NCBI GenBank assembly: GCA_048013815.1
Contig: CM106585.1
Location: 3,162,001 to 3,226,000 of the forward strand
Direction of reading: 5' to 3'
Origin: Setoptus koraiensis
Taxonomy: Eukaryota > Animalia > Arthropoda
Length of the DNA: 64,000 bases
Shown here piece by piece: positions 11,636 through 21,650 of the stretch. The notes below the pieces were generated by a model. It was not told the origin of the DNA. It worked only from the letters and a program-made list of their open reading frames with translations, and did not search any database. Position numbers and translations under genes: made by a program. Position 1 is the first letter of the stretch. The number at the start of each line of letters is the position of its first letter.

Positions 11636-13573
11636 TATACTGATTATACCAGTATAAGAGTGCTTAATTTTTCCAGTGAACAATCTTAGAGGTTTGGACA
11701 GTTTATTAAGAAGTGATAAGTGCTAGCTGTCACTAGAAAGTTTTTTTAGAATTTATCCTGGTGAGAACAGTTTCGAAAATTGAACATACTGTGGAAGAAC
11801 ATGTGCCACAAAATGGCCTATATCGCCAATTCTAGAAACAGAACAGTTTCGAAAATTGCACATAATGTATGGGCACATGTGATCAGAAATCACATGTATT
11901 GAATTAGCTAACATGATCCAGAATTGTCCAAAGCGCCAATACTAGAAACAGAAAATTGATAAAACTTGCACAGATCGTGTATGGCACAGTGCTTGCTGTC
12001 TCAAGAAAGTTTCAAGAATTTATCCTGGTGAGAACAGTTTCAAAAATCGCACATAATGTAATACTTGCACAAAATGTTGCGAGCAACATGCACAACACAC
12101 ACACGAAGTATCATCAAAACGGATAGGTGGGAACATGTTCAGAAATTGATGACTATACATGACATCCGTCATCCGAAATTTTTCTCTGTCTCAAAAACGA
12201 CCTATTGATGGCTGATCATACTTGCACAGAATGTTGCGAGTAACATGTACAACACACACACGAAGTATCATCAAAACGGATAGGTGGGAACATGTTCAGA
12301 TATCACGATATTCACATGACATCCGTCATCCGAAATTTTTCTCTGTCTCAAAAACGACCTATTGATGGCTGATCATACTTGCACAGAATGTTGCGAGTAA
12401 CATGTACAACACACACACGAAGTATCATCAAAACGGATAGGTGGGAACATGTTCAGATATCACGATATTCACATGACATCCGTCATCCGAAATTTCTCTC
12501 TGTCTCGAAAACGACCTATTGATGGCTGATCATACTTGCACAGAATGTTGCGAGTAACATGTACAACACACACACGAAGTATCATCAAAACGGATAGGTG
12601 GGAACATGTTCAAATATCACGATATTCACATGTGATCAGAAATCAGATGTATTGAATGAGCTAACATGATCCAGAATTGCCTATAGCGCCAATACTAGAA
12701 ACAGAAAATTGATAAGACTTGCACAGATCGTGTATGGCACAGTGCTAGCTGTCTCTAGAAAGTTTCAAAAATTTATCCTGGTGAGAACAGTTTCGAAAAT
12801 CGCACATAATGTATGGGCACATGTGCCACAATATGGCCTATAGCGCCAATACTAGAAACAGAAAATTGATAAGACTTGCACAGATCGTGTATAGCATCGA
12901 TCCACCTCCTCACAATACATTAACCTCTGCATGAGCCTGGGACTTAAAATTCAATTCACCTCCCTGAAATGTGTGTTTGGGAGGTGGACGAACCTTCGAG
13001 TCTCAAACTTGTATGTAGGTTGTTGCATGCTCAGGAGGTGAACTTATTGTTTAAGCTCAAGCTAGTCCACCTCCCAAGCATGAGTCGCCCCACGCTATTT
13101 TGAGTAGCTAAACCTATCTCGTTATAGCTTCGGTCCACCTCCTAACTAGACATGAGCCCGAGACTCAAGATTCAATCCACCTCCCTAGTAAATGTGTATT
13201 TGGGAGGTGGACGAACTTTTGAATCTCAAGCTTGAGTGTACCTCCCACCTCCCACCTCCCAAGCACATTCCTGCCTACACACTCACTAAGCACTGATTAT
13301 GCTAGTGCTAATGTATGCAAGCACACAGCGCGTGACTCTCAAGATCGAAAACTGTGAATATCCACAAATAAATCGGTACGTGGATATTCACTGGCATACA
13401 AAGTCGGAGTATTCACAAGCACACAGCGCGTGAATCACCATAGCACAATTGGTGAATATCCTATGAAATGCAAGAACTAAGTATCCACCATCATACCGTG
13501 CGTGGATATTCATGCGTGATTTATAGGATCCAACAACACTACATCATAAGCCCTTAATTAAAATTAAGCGCTA
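11636..13573 (-). mobile_element. HINE subfamily X with both ends
   Basis: Hairpin TATACTG-attatac-CAGTATA (11636-11656) plus subTIR AGTGCTTAATTTT; other end CTTAATTAAAATTAAGCGCTAA at 13553-13574; internal minisatellites. Confidence 0.65.
12062..12640. repeat. 157-bp tandem repeat (~3.7 copies)
   Basis: ATACTTGCACA(G/A)AATGTTGCGAG unit at ~12061, 12218, 12375 and 12532. Confidence 0.9.
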
Positions 13574-13586
13574 ATTACGACGAGAG

Positions 13587-16500
13587 ATGTCGAAGTCAGT
13601 CAATGCCATCGGGCAAACTGACCAAAATTCACGACAAAGTCGTAGGAAAGGAGTACCCAACCGCCAAGATAGTAGCCGAAGGCCCAGAAGCTCAGGCGAC
13701 AACGCGGGCGGGAATAATAGACAAGAGCGTAGTAGTAAAAGAAATAAAAAGCGCGAGTGCTTCAAGTGCGGGCGAACGTCCCACATTGCACGCGAGTGTT
13801 ATGCTCGCACAAAGCGCGACGGAACGCAGATTCCAACACAGCCAAAAAATCCTGATCGCGTAGCGACGATAGAGGATAACGCCAGTAAGGTTCCAACTAG
13901 AGTGAAGCAAGTCTTCAGTGGAAAAGCGCCACCCAACCTACCGTCACCTCCGAGTGAACGTGTAGGAGCGGTGCAAATCGTAGGCGCCGTGCGCAGCAGT
14001 GAAATAACTCATCCAGTTCGAATTCGCGACCGGGTCATCACGGCATTGATGGACACGGGTAGTGAGTATTCGTTAATCTCTTTAAATGTGGTAAATGAGC
14101 TGGAGTTAAGGGTCCCAAGAGGCTGTAAGGTCTTGTTGAATTCACCCGACGGGAAACCCCTGTCGGTGATTGGCATTACGAGCCAGTATGTTTGTATCAC
14201 GGTCGGCGGTAGAGACAAATGGGGTCTACACGACATGATCGTGATCAAGGATCTCGACGCCGACATGATCATTGGAAGGTCGTTAATGGACGATTTCGAC
14301 ATTTCGATTAATGTCAGGAGTCGTCGCATAATGTTCAATGATACCGAGCGTGTAGCCTCGGTAAGTGCCGAAACTCCGGTTAGAGGCGGAGTATATGCTA
14401 TCCGCGATGTGGTCGTAAGCCCCAGACACCAACAGGTTATCGAGACTAAGATCAATCGTGACGCAACGGTACTAATGAGGGGACACAGAAGCAACGAATT
14501 GATCGTCGCTAACTCGCTCGATAAGGCAGAAAACGGTAAATGCCGCGTCGTCGTGGCAAACATTACCACCGAGCCTAGACTGGTGAAGGCTGGGGAACGA
14601 CTCGCAGAGTTCGAGGTCCTCCATCGACCAGCCAGCGGAGTTCATGCAGTGGTCGCGCTACAGAAAGAGGCTGTCAAGGGGCAGAAAGCCACCATACAAG
14701 TCGGCGATGGACTAAACGACAGGCAGATACAGGAGATAAGAGCTTTAGTTGAGAAATATATGGACGTATTTAATTACGATGGGCGTCTCGGTAAGACGAG
14801 TCTAGCTCGACATTCCATAACTTTAAAAAAGGATTGCCACCCCGTCGCCGAACCCCTCCGACGCAATGCTTTAGTTGAGAGCGTCGAGATCAACCAACAG
14901 GTTAATGAAATGCTCGAGAAAGGGGTGATAGAGGAATCACAGTCCCCATGGGCTTCAGCAATCGTTTTAGTTAAGAAAAAGAATGGAAAAATGAGGTTTT
15001 GCGTAGATTTTAGACGTTTAAACGAGGTGACTGTGGAGTGGAAATATCCACTTCCTCGTATCGACGATATGATAGATAGCATGAGAGGCCGAAAGTATTT
15101 CACGTGCCTAGATTTAGCGTCGGGATACTGGCAGATTGAAATGGACCCAGTCGCCAAACCTTTGACCGCTTTTCGCACGAAGGACGGCCAGTATCAGTTT
15201 AAACGTATGCCTTTCGGGCTGGTTAATAGTGGAGCAAGCTTTCAAAAGCTGGTGGACGTGTTGTTCGCTGGAATGAAAGGCGTAGAACTCCAAGTATATG
15301 TCGACGACATTTGTGTGGCGTCGCCTTCTTGGAAAGAGCACCTCGTAGCTTTAGAAGAAGTATTTAAGAGAGTCCGCCAAGCGGGGCTCGTTGTACAGCA
15401 TGAGAAGTGCACGTTCGGATATTCCGAAACAATATTCTTGGGACATAAGATTAGTGAAGACGGGATCAGTCCCGATCCTAGTAAGGTGAAGGCAATCCAC
15501 GAGATGCCGGCACCTACCGATGTACATGACGTGCGAAGGTTCCTAGGAATGACAGGGTATTACAGGAGATTCATTAAGAACTACGCAACGGTGTCTGACG
15601 CGTTGGTAGAGTTGACGAAAAAAGACAAGCCTTTTACATGGGGGCCAAGCGAGGTTGAATCGTTTGATAGCTTGAAAAGAGCGTTGCTAGAGAATGCAAC
15701 TGTGGCGCATTATGATCCGACCAAGGAACTGCTTCTAAAAACGGATGCCTCAACCGTAGGCGTTGCAGGCATCTTGTTGCAAAAGGACGGCGACGAATTC
15801 AAGATTCTGTCATGCGTTAGCCGTCGCCTCTGTGCAAGCGAGAGGAATTATGGAATAACCGAGTTAGAAGCGTTAGCCATAGTTTTCTCGGTGCAACAAT
15901 TCAGGCCATACATTCTAGGGAGGACAGTAGTCGTTCTCACAGACCATTGCGCTCTGTGCGCGGTGGGCAAGAAAAGAATGAAGTCGAGACGATTAGAGAG
16001 ATGGGCATGTATTCTAGCGGAGTTTAGTTTGGATATAAGGTATATCAAAGGCAACAAACATGAAGACGTAGACTGCCTTAGTAGGGCGCCGATTGGCGAT
16101 GAAATTGACCATTTTCCGGCGCAGAGTGTATTTTTAGTCCTACCGGTTGACACAGATGAGTGGATCAGAGAGTATGAGAACAACGAAGAAGCGCAGAGAC
16201 TCCTAGCCGAAGGAGCCGAGATGTTTATTTTGCAAGGGGTTATATACGACAGCGATCGTAGACTGTACGTGCCTCAAAAATTTCGAAAAGGATTCCTTGA
16301 GAGGGCACATGATAGTCAACTGGCAAACCACGGTGGTATTAGCGCAACCATCGCGTTACTTAGAGCAGACTATTTTTGGCCAAGTTTAGCCGAGGACGTA
16401 GAGACTTACGTAAAGGCATGCGAAACCTGCCAGAGACGTAAGGCAGTGAGAGCGAGAGAGTTCGGTTTGATGAATTCTTTCGACGTTGCCATGCCGTTTG

Positions 16501-19121
16501 ATTTAGTGGCCGTGGACTGCATTGGTCCAATCAACCCCGGGTCAAGACATGTCATGGTCGCTATCGATGTATTTACCAGATTCGTCGAGCTAAAAGTGGT
16601 AAACAACGTATCCGCTAGCGAGTTTGCGAAATTTTTACTCGAAAATATTGTGGCGAGGCATGGTCCGCCGAAGAGTCTTTTGACGGACAACGCAGCCACT
16701 TTCGGTAGTGACACGGTTAGAGAGCTGGAGAAACTCATGATAATTAAACATATTCGAAGTACCCCTACGCACTCGCGTGGCAATGCGGTGGTAGAAAGGG
16801 TGAATCAGACGATTGGGGACAAGTTAGCTATGATCATCTGGGGAGACGACAGCTACCAGAGAGAAAATTGGCCGGAAGCTATACCTTTTGTTGCCTATTC
16901 AATTAACGTTTCGAGACATTCTTCGACAGGTTTTTCACCATTCGAACTGGTCTATGGGCGACAGCCCCAGCTAATGGATGAGACGGTCAAACAAGGGGAA
17001 GTGACCGTCCATCAGCTTTATAGTAAGCTCGTGAAATTACGATTGGAAACAGATATCAAAGAGGCGTATAGAAGCAATAAAGAGGCACAGATGCGTAGTC
17101 GACGTTATTTCAATGCTGAGCATATTCAGAGAGAGTTTAGTGTAGGTGACGTAGTATGGGTGCATAAGAAAGAGGCGAGGAGACCGAAATTGAAGCCACG
17201 GTATGAAGGCCCGTACGTCATTGTGGCTAGAAAACCGCACGACATCTATGAATTGAAACACCTAGAGTCGGATAAGAGCACCATCCTGAGACACGTAAGC
17301 GCGCTCAAGATATGCCATGGAGTGCACAGTGCTGAGTCGGAGACAGAGTCGAATGGAAGTGAAGACAGTGGAGACGAATCGAGAGCGGATGTTGATCTAG
17401 ACGCACCCGCAGGGACGGTCAACGCAGTTCGTAGTCAAGGCACTATGTATCGAGGTGAAACATGGTTGAGAGCTTTCGTGACATTGATGCTATTTTCGGT
17501 CTGCATACAACTCACGGAGACCGCCGAACATGTCTTGTCTGCCGAATCGCCCATTTTGTGGAAACGAACCGAGAAATTTGTCATCACTGGTTTGACAGAG
17601 TACGAATACATGATCGTTTTCGAATCGCCGTGTAATATCTTTATCGGCATGACGGCGGATGCGGCACTAAACAACCAATACTTTGTAGAGTGTCAGACTT
17701 TATTCAAGGCGGTTATACTTAATAAGGTAGGAGCTTGGTGCAGCATCATACCAGAAGCGGTAGCTGACGATTTCGAAATACCAAGTCAAGTGACTAAGTC
17801 TCGTTTTAGGAGAAGCGAAAACAACACAACAGAAGGTGTGAAAGAGAAGAGGCAGGTGGCCGTCGGAATTGCCGCGGGACTGTCTTTAGAGTGGTGCATC
17901 ACGAGGTTGTACGACTCGGTCTCGGGCTATTTCCGGAGGTCGTCTGACCAGGCCACTGAAGAGAACAATAGAGTTATCCAAGAAGAGATAGTGAAGATGC
18001 GAAACACTTTGAACGCATCATTGGTAATCCAAAACGCAAGGAAAGCGGTTTGGGAGGATGTTTTAAGTAACCAAGAGTCCGTTTTGGCGTCCTTGGGGAA
18101 GATCAGCGCGGCGTTTCCACATGCAACGTGGACCTCGATCTACGTGGCAAACTTAATGTACGCTCGATCGAGATACCTGGATGACATCATCCACGAGTGG
18201 AAGCGCGGGCGCATATCCGAATCATTGGGGTATTTGTTGAACTCCACGACGTTAGTGAACTTACTCCCAGCTGCAACGACAGCCAAGAGCTGCTGCCTCC
18301 ATTCCGGGAACATGGTGATGATTAAATTTTGGACAAAGAACGTTGACAGGAACTCGTTTGTGGTCACCGCCGATCCTTTCAAGATTTACACCAATTTAAC
18401 TAGACAACCGACATTGAGGGAGTACTCGGGACCCGTCCATTTGATTTACAATCGTTCTAGTGATTGTACTAAGAGTATAGACGTTGATAACAATATGTTC
18501 ATTTCAGGCAGCTGTACAGAACAGCATCACCATGAGGATTTGAGGAGTATGTGGAGACCGCTGGTCACACATGACACAATCACTGGCATTGTGCCAACAA
18601 ATGAGGCCAAAGTAGATTACAGGGCCATGCATGTATATTGCTATCCCGGAAACATAACCGTGGGAGGGGAAGCAATGAATTGCCCACCTTACGTGTTCAA
18701 AATCGATAATACAATATCATGGAATTTGACAGATCGCTCTTACGCAGCCACTCCTGATTCAATCAAGTTGCAAGCAATTTTAGGGTTTAGAACTTTCGTG
18801 CCCGTACCGTCTACGAAGATCGCTCCCGAAGGGTTGACAATCTTCGATGCCCTTAAACGCATCCAAGAGATGCAAGAAGTTTTGAGCAAGTTAGACAAAG
18901 AATCTCTTGGACTTACTGATCACACTAAGCAAATAGTGACTTTGTCCAAGCATAACGCAACCTTAGATTTCATCTTGCTATTGCTGGTCGCGATGATCGC
19001 GGTATCTGCGTTCAGATGCATCCGAAGTCGCGGAGTCTTTACGCAGACCCAAAACAGAACACAGCATCTAGGATTGAATACAATCGTCGTAGCGCCCGCG
19101 ACGAGTGCTACATCGACTTAA
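13587..19121 (+). CDS. pol: Gag(C-terminal)-Pol-Env single polyprotein (1844 aa as annotated; N-terminus truncated)
   Basis: CCHC knuckle CFKCGRTSHIAREC; protease ALMDTGS; RT LDLASGYWQ/YVDD; RNase H TDAS; integrase HH-CC, DCIGP, TDNA, ERVN, GPY. In-frame signal peptide from ~17445, basic sites RFRR/KEKR, Cys-rich ectodomain, TM (FILLLLVAMIAVSAF). Confidence 0.95.
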   Translation: MSKSVNAIGQTDQNSRQSRRKGVPNRQDSSRRPRSSGDNAGGNNRQERSSKRNKKRECFKCGRTSHIARECYARTKRDGTQIPTQPKNPDRVATIEDNASKVPTRVKQVFSGKAPPNLPSPPSERVGAVQIVGAVRSSEITHPVRIRDRVITALMDTGSEYSLISLNVVNELELRVPRGCKVLLNSPDGKPLSVIGITSQYVCITVGGRDKWGLHDMIVIKDLDADMIIGRSLMDDFDISINVRSRRIMFNDTERVASVSAETPVRGGVYAIRDVVVSPRHQQVIETKINRDATVLMRGHRSNELIVANSLDKAENGKCRVVVANITTEPRLVKAGERLAEFEVLHRPASGVHAVVALQKEAVKGQKATIQVGDGLNDRQIQEIRALVEKYMDVFNYDGRLGKTSLARHSITLKKDCHPVAEPLRRNALVESVEINQQVNEMLEKGVIEESQSPWASAIVLVKKKNGKMRFCVDFRRLNEVTVEWKYPLPRIDDMIDSMRGRKYFTCLDLASGYWQIEMDPVAKPLTAFRTKDGQYQFKRMPFGLVNSGASFQKLVDVLFAGMKGVELQVYVDDICVASPSWKEHLVALEEVFKRVRQAGLVVQHEKCTFGYSETIFLGHKISEDGISPDPSKVKAIHEMPAPTDVHDVRRFLGMTGYYRRFIKNYATVSDALVELTKKDKPFTWGPSEVESFDSLKRALLENATVAHYDPTKELLLKTDASTVGVAGILLQKDGDEFKILSCVSRRLCASERNYGITELEALAIVFSVQQFRPYILGRTVVVLTDHCALCAVGKKRMKSRRLERWACILAEFSLDIRYIKGNKHEDVDCLSRAPIGDEIDHFPAQSVFLVLPVDTDEWIREYENNEEAQRLLAEGAEMFILQGVIYDSDRRLYVPQKFRKGFLERAHDSQLANHGGISATIALLRADYFWPSLAEDVETYVKACETCQRRKAVRAREFGLMNSFDVAMPFDLVAVDCIGPINPGSRHVMVAIDVFTRFVELKVVNNVSASEFAKFLLENIVARHGPPKSLLTDNAATFGSDTVRELEKLMIIKHIRSTPTHSRGNAVVERVNQTIGDKLAMIIWGDDSYQRENWPEAIPFVAYSINVSRHSSTGFSPFELVYGRQPQLMDETVKQGEVTVHQLYSKLVKLRLETDIKEAYRSNKEAQMRSRRYFNAEHIQREFSVGDVVWVHKKEARRPKLKPRYEGPYVIVARKPHDIYELKHLESDKSTILRHVSALKICHGVHSAESETESNGSEDSGDESRADVDLDAPAGTVNAVRSQGTMYRGETWLRAFVTLMLFSVCIQLTETAEHVLSAESPILWKRTEKFVITGLTEYEYMIVFESPCNIFIGMTADAALNNQYFVECQTLFKAVILNKVGAWCSIIPEAVADDFEIPSQVTKSRFRRSENNTTEGVKEKRQVAVGIAAGLSLEWCITRLYDSVSGYFRRSSDQATEENNRVIQEEIVKMRNTLNASLVIQNARKAVWEDVLSNQESVLASLGKISAAFPHATWTSIYVANLMYARSRYLDDIIHEWKRGRISESLGYLLNSTTLVNLLPAATTAKSCCLHSGNMVMIKFWTKNVDRNSFVVTADPFKIYTNLTRQPTLREYSGPVHLIYNRSSDCTKSIDVDNNMFISGSCTEQHHHEDLRSMWRPLVTHDTITGIVPTNEAKVDYRAMHVYCYPGNITVGGEAMNCPPYVFKIDNTISWNLTDRSYAATPDSIKLQAILGFRTFVPVPSTKIAPEGLTIFDALKRIQEMQEVLSKLDKESLGLTDHTKQIVTLSKHNATLDFILLLLVAMIAVSAFRCIRSRGVFTQTQNRTQHLGLNTIVVAPATSATST

Positions 19122-19205
19122 TGAGTTTCGCAGAAGTTGTCGTTGATGTTGCATTACCCTATGTTTCGTTGTTTTTCATTTCCCATCCCAAATTTGCAGG
19201 TGTCG

Positions 19206-19652
19206 ATGTCGGAGCGAGTGTATCGAGTAGTTGCATGCAGATATTTAACAAGTGGAATACAATACGAGGTCAGTCCGCAGGATCGAAACGGAAACCTCTA
19301 TAAATCATATTGGGTTCCAGAAAGCGAATTGGAAACTTTAAACGTGATCAACGACTATTATCAAGAGAGAGGAAGCATCAACATTCCTGCTGACCCAGAA
19401 TTTAGACGGATAAGAGCCGAACGAATTTGGGGCTCTAGCTATTATCTTGCTCTGATCCCAAATACAGGAAGATCACTAAAGCGATTCCGTATAACCCTCA
19501 AAACAGTCGAGGGCTATCGAAAGCACTTTACGGTAGCGTACGGACCTTGCCTAGAGAGAGACGGAGACGGGGTTAACCTTTTCCGCATTCATTTGTTATT
19601 CGTAAGACACGAGCACCGTGACAATTCGCTACGAGTCTTAAATTTCGCATAA
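19206..19652 (+). CDS. Accessory protein 1 (chromo-like N-terminus plus PNTG/YGP domain), ~148 aa
   Basis: First ATG at 19206 (the track start at 19137 is TTG). Homologous by eye to 19654-20130 and 43910-44392. Confidence 0.7.
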   Translation: MSERVYRVVACRYLTSGIQYEVSPQDRNGNLYKSYWVPESELETLNVINDYYQERGSINIPADPEFRRIRAERIWGSSYYLALIPNTGRSLKRFRITLKTVEGYRKHFTVAYGPCLERDGDGVNLFRIHLLFVRHEHRDNSLRVLNFA

Positions 19653-19653
19653 A

Positions 19654-20130
19654 ATGGCCATGGAGTACGACAACGAGAACGGTCGCCCCCTAAAAGTAAT
19701 TGGAATGCGATGTTACGCAGGCAATAGGGTGCAATACGAGGCAACCGTCCTGTATGAAAATCAACGACCTGGTCGTGCAAGATGGTATTTTCCGGATGAA
19801 CTTCCGCAGCCAATCATCCAGGCTTACCGTGTAGAGGCCGATGTCTACAGCGCAGCAGATCGGATCAATTTCATAAGAGTGGACGAGTTTCGGGCCTACA
19901 ATTTGATAGGGACCGGCTATTTCTTGACCGAGCTACCCAACACTGGCTTTGAGATTACGCAATACAAGGTCACTCTGGTCCCTGATGACGATCGAGCACG
20001 ATCATGTTATCTAGTATACGGACCGCGTCTACACATATACCGAAGTGGAGTTGATACCGTAACACCCCACCAGGTAATGTTAGAATATGACCTCGAGAGG
20101 GAGATGTTCAGGATCGCCCGAACCGTTTGA
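19654..20130 (+). CDS. Accessory protein 2 (paralog of accessory protein 1), 158 aa
   Basis: Shares VQYE, W, YFLTELPNTG and VYGP motifs; its stop overlaps the PPT. Confidence 0.72.
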   Translation: MAMEYDNENGRPLKVIGMRCYAGNRVQYEATVLYENQRPGRARWYFPDELPQPIIQAYRVEADVYSAADRINFIRVDEFRAYNLIGTGYFLTELPNTGFEITQYKVTLVPDDDRARSCYLVYGPRLHIYRSGVDTVTPHQVMLEYDLEREMFRIARTV

Positions 20131-20140
20131 GGGGAGGGGA

Positions 20141-20432
20141 TGTTACGATGCAGCCAGTGAATGTCAATCGCAAATGCCAGCGATTGACATTCACCAACTT
20201 ATTGTTATGATTTTAAAATGAAACATAATTTGTAGGCCAGATGTCTCTCTGGAAAGTTCCAGAAAGACATCTGGCAAACGCAATCATATATATACATGTG
20301 ACACAGAGAAATAAATCTAAGCTTTGAAATTAGTATAACGTCTCTGCGTCACCCTTGTCCATTTTTATGTATTAGGCGTAGCGTCGAGCGCACAGGGAGG
20401 AGTTTGTATGGGATATGCCATGTTGTATAACA
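20141..20432 (+). repeat. G1 3' LTR (292 bp) preceded by PPT GAGGGGAGGGGA
   Basis: TGTTA...TAACA termini; purine tract at 20129-20140; AATAAA at ~20310. Confidence 0.85.
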
Positions 20433-20935
20433 ACTGTGCCATACACGATCTGTGCAAGTCTTATCAATTTTCTGTTTCTAGTATTGGCGCTATAGGCAAT
20501 TCTGGATCATGTTAGCTCATTCAATACATGTGATTTCTGATCACATGTGAATATCGTGATATTTGAACATGTTCCCACCTATCCGTTTTGATGATACTGC
20601 ATGTGTGTGTTGTGCATGTTGCTCGCAACATTATGTGCTAGTATGATCAGAAATCAATTGGTCGTTTTCGAGACAGAAAGAAATTTTGGCTGACGGATGT
20701 CATGTGAATATCGTGATATTTGAACATGTTCCCACCTATCCGTTTTGATGATACTCTGTGTGTGTGTGTTGTGCATGTTGCTCGCAACATTTTGTGCACG
20801 TATGATCAGAAATCAATTGGTCGTTTTCGAGACATAGAGAAATTTCGGATGACGGATGTCATGTATAGTCATCGATTTCTGAACATGTTCCCACCTATCC
20901 GTTTTGATGATACTGCGTGTATGTGTTGCGCATGT
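20433..20935 (+). mobile_element. HINE subfamily X internal fragment, inverted relative to 12060-12740
   Basis: Near-exact reverse complement of 12600-12740, followed by 157-bp repeat units. Confidence 0.85.
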
Positions 20936-21298
20936 CTTCTTGAAACTTCAAGTTTGCGCTCTGGAGTGGCATGTCCTCAAGAGGGAAGGTGAGGAATCTG
21001 GGATCCGAGGATGGGTAACGACGCTCGACCGGGCTCGAGAGTGGCAACTCCGGTCCGGCGAATCCAAACATTTCCAGGAGATGATTGGGCACCGGAATGG
21101 ATGGATGCTCCAACAAGTGAGGAAGGGTGATATTACTGAAGACCGGATCATGGGGGAAGAGGGACGGTAGATGACCATGAAAAGTAATATCTTGGCCAGC
21201 ATCCTCGGGAACTGGATACTGAGAAGGATCCGATATAAACAGGGAGGCTGTCCCGGCGGGAACGAGATCAGGCGGCTGAGGGGCAGCCGGCGTGCGTC

Positions 21299-21452
21299 TG
21301 TTAAGTTAGAAAGAAAGACTAGAATACTACACTCGTCTAACTCTCCACATATACTAACTTTATTTACAAATTTCACATATATATATAAGAAAGAGTGTGC
21401 ACTCTGTGCTTACAGGGTGCACCATAACTACACATGCGCATATGCGCTAACA
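21299..21452 (-). mobile_element. Solo LTR (154 bp) with 4-bp TSD CGTC
   Basis: TGTTA...TAACA termini flanked by CGTC at 21295-21298 and 21453-21456; TATA-like run and AATAAA on the minus strand. Confidence 0.7.
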
Positions 21453-21456
21453 CGTC

Positions 21457-21650
21457 TGTCACGGCCTGGCCGTGCTGAGCCCGCTGACGAGGAGTTGAGC
21501 CTATCGACTCAACTGCCTCGCAGTGTCGCGTTACGCGAGAACGAATAAAAGAGCGAGGAGAAGGATCATTCTCGTTCGAGTTAAAGGATGTATAAAGCAA
21601 AAGAAATAATAAAATATATATACAAAAATACACAAAAATCAACCTTAACA
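21457..21650 (+). repeat. G2 5' LTR
   Basis: TG...CA; identical to 27699-27892. Confidence 0.95.

Larger units (their letters stand above)
13574..20432 (+). mobile_element. G1: Ty3/Gypsy LTR retrotransposon with env-like region and two 3' accessory ORFs; 5' LTR and gag N-terminus missing
   Basis: PR-RT-RH-IN order, PPT and 3' LTR present. Left end truncated mid-gag by a HINE end. Confidence 0.95.
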
